From NCBI RefSeq assembly GCF_044704955.1, contig NC_091982.1, positions 218,984,001-219,048,000 of the forward strand: a stretch of DNA of 64,000 bases. The letters are read 5' to 3'. Every line of letters starts with the position of its first letter. The stretch's first letter is position 1. The position numbers were made by a program, and so were the translations under genes. The notes below the pieces were generated by a model that did not search any database, was not told the DNA's origin, and worked only from the letters and a program-made list of their open reading frames with translations. Positions 62,570 to 64,000 of this stretch are shown piece by piece. Origin of the DNA: Pristiophorus japonicus. Taxonomy: Eukaryota.

Positions 62570-62985
62570 TTCAAAATAAAAACAGAAAATGCTGGAAACA
62601 CTCAGTAGGCCAGGCAGCAGCTGTGGAGAGAGAAACAGAGTTAATACTTCAGGTCGATGTCCTTTCATCAGAACTGTAAAAGGTTAGAAATGGAACAGGT
62701 TTTAAGCAAGTACACAGGCAGGTAAAGGGGGGAGGGGAGGAAGGAACAAAAGGGAAGGTCTGTGATAGGGTGCAAGGCAGGAGAGATTAAGTGACACAAG
62801 GGATGATGGTGCAAGACGAAAGGAGTTGGTAATGGACAAGGAAAGAAACGAAAAAATAGGTCTAGAGGAGCTGTAAATGAAAATATTAGAATCACCAGCA
62901 ACAGATGCCGTCAAAAAAAAGAGCAGAGATTATGATCTGAAATTGTTGAATTCAATGTCGAGTCGGGAAGGCTGTAAACTGCCAC
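62570..62985 (-). mobile_element. Penelope-like 3' end and pLTR
   Basis: Reverse complement of the 32600-33300 and 10725-11085 sequence family. Confidence 0.78.
62639..62675 (-). ncRNA. Degenerate minimal hammerhead ribozyme core in pLTR
   Basis: Minus strand AGTT-CTGATGA-AAGGACATCGACCT-GAAGT-ATT-AACT. CUGAUGA is intact and GAAA is mutated. Confidence 0.55.
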
Positions 62986-64000
62986 TCAGTTCAATGACCT
63001 GGCATTGGGGACATTGGTGGGGGCAGTGGAGAGAAGGAGGGATGCACTATTCGCTCCATCTGGGAGAAGGCCAACACTGCAGGTTTTTAGGGCCATGTGG
63101 GCAGAGGTGTCCATGGAGGTATCGGCCAGCACCGTGGTCGACAGAACCCCTACACAGTGCCGCAAGTAATTCAACGGCCTCAGTCGGATGGACGAGGTGA
63201 GTACATGTTTGCACAACTCTTACATAGCAGCCTCTGAGTGTTTGTCTGTGCACACTCTGCAAACTAACACTTAACCCAACAGGCAACTACCAACCATCTA
63301 TACCTACTCACAGTCACAGCCTCATTTCACGCCTTGCCTACATGCACACCTATTCAACCACGACAGGCATATCTTCCACATACATAACCAGACCCTTACT
63401 CACACAGGTTGCTTTCTTTTGCAGGCCAAGATGGCACATAACAGAAGGGAGCAGCAGCGGACTGGAGTGGGGTGGGGAAGCTGAACTACGCCAGCTGACT
63501 GACTTGGAGGAGCGCGTGCTCGAGCTCACTGGCCCCCAGGTGGTGGGTGCCGTGGCCCACTGGGGGCAACAATGGTATCTTTATCCCCTCTTCTCATCCC
63601 GCTTCCTCGTTAAATCAGCTCCTCATACTGTCTGCCTCCATTCCTGCCCCTCTGCCCTCACCTTAATGTGACTCTTGCGTCATTTATGCTTTCAATAACT
63701 GTGCAGCAGATGAGTAGCTTGTGCCTGAGCCCCCCCAACTGAGTCATGAGGGAGAAGAGGAGGGGGAGGAAGAGGAGGAGCCAAGCACTGCTTCACTGCT
63801 TCTCTCACCTGCAGGCAACAGCTCAGCTACTGGTACTACGCAGTCCTCAGAGGTTAGGTTAGTAGAGGGGTTTGTACTGGGTGATGCACCAGGGCCAAAC
63901 GGGCTGCAGCATGGTCAAGGGGAAAGGGAACCTCTGGGGCCGCAGTCAAATGGAGATCTCACAGTGTCGCAGCAGCCCATCAATCTGTCCTGCAGCAGAT
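62986..64000 (+). pseudogene. Third Harbinger Myb/SANT-like gene relic (runs off the window)
   Basis: FNDLALGTLVGAVERRRDALF..MWAEVSMEVSA..RTPTQCRK*FN followed by GTGAGT. Exon 2 after TTGCAG reads AKMAHNRREQQRTG..LTDLEERVLEL, then an acidic exon 3. Confidence 0.85.

Overview
This is vertebrate genomic DNA, not prokaryotic. The repeat families (CR1, L2, RTE, Tx1, Penelope, Deu-type SINEs, Harbinger, Mag-like Gypsy) look like those of a cartilaginous fish, probably a shark; that is an inference. Most of the window is nested transposable-element DNA, and no intact host protein-coding gene can be identified. The centrepiece is a complete Harbinger transposon at 20323-31630, with TIRs, a TAG TSD, a 3-exon Myb/SANT gene and a convergent transposase. 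A CR1 LINE and a full-length Gypsy element (25293-30030; two LTRs, GGCCT TSD, tRNA-Ser PBS, PPT) have inserted into it. Two more Harbinger Myb/SANT relics are present. A non-autonomous hAT element (33823-36002, perfect 8-bp TSD) carries a ~28 x 32-bp tandem array. Three Penelope terminal repeats contain degenerate minimal hammerhead ribozyme cores. RTE and Tx1 insertions have clean TSDs, and there is a non-coding element with an RTE tail. A unique island at 39.5-40.4 kb holds two candidate microexons and a candidate exon on the minus strand, suggesting the window lies inside a large unidentified host gene. Coordinates were read by eye; boundaries without TSDs are approximate.
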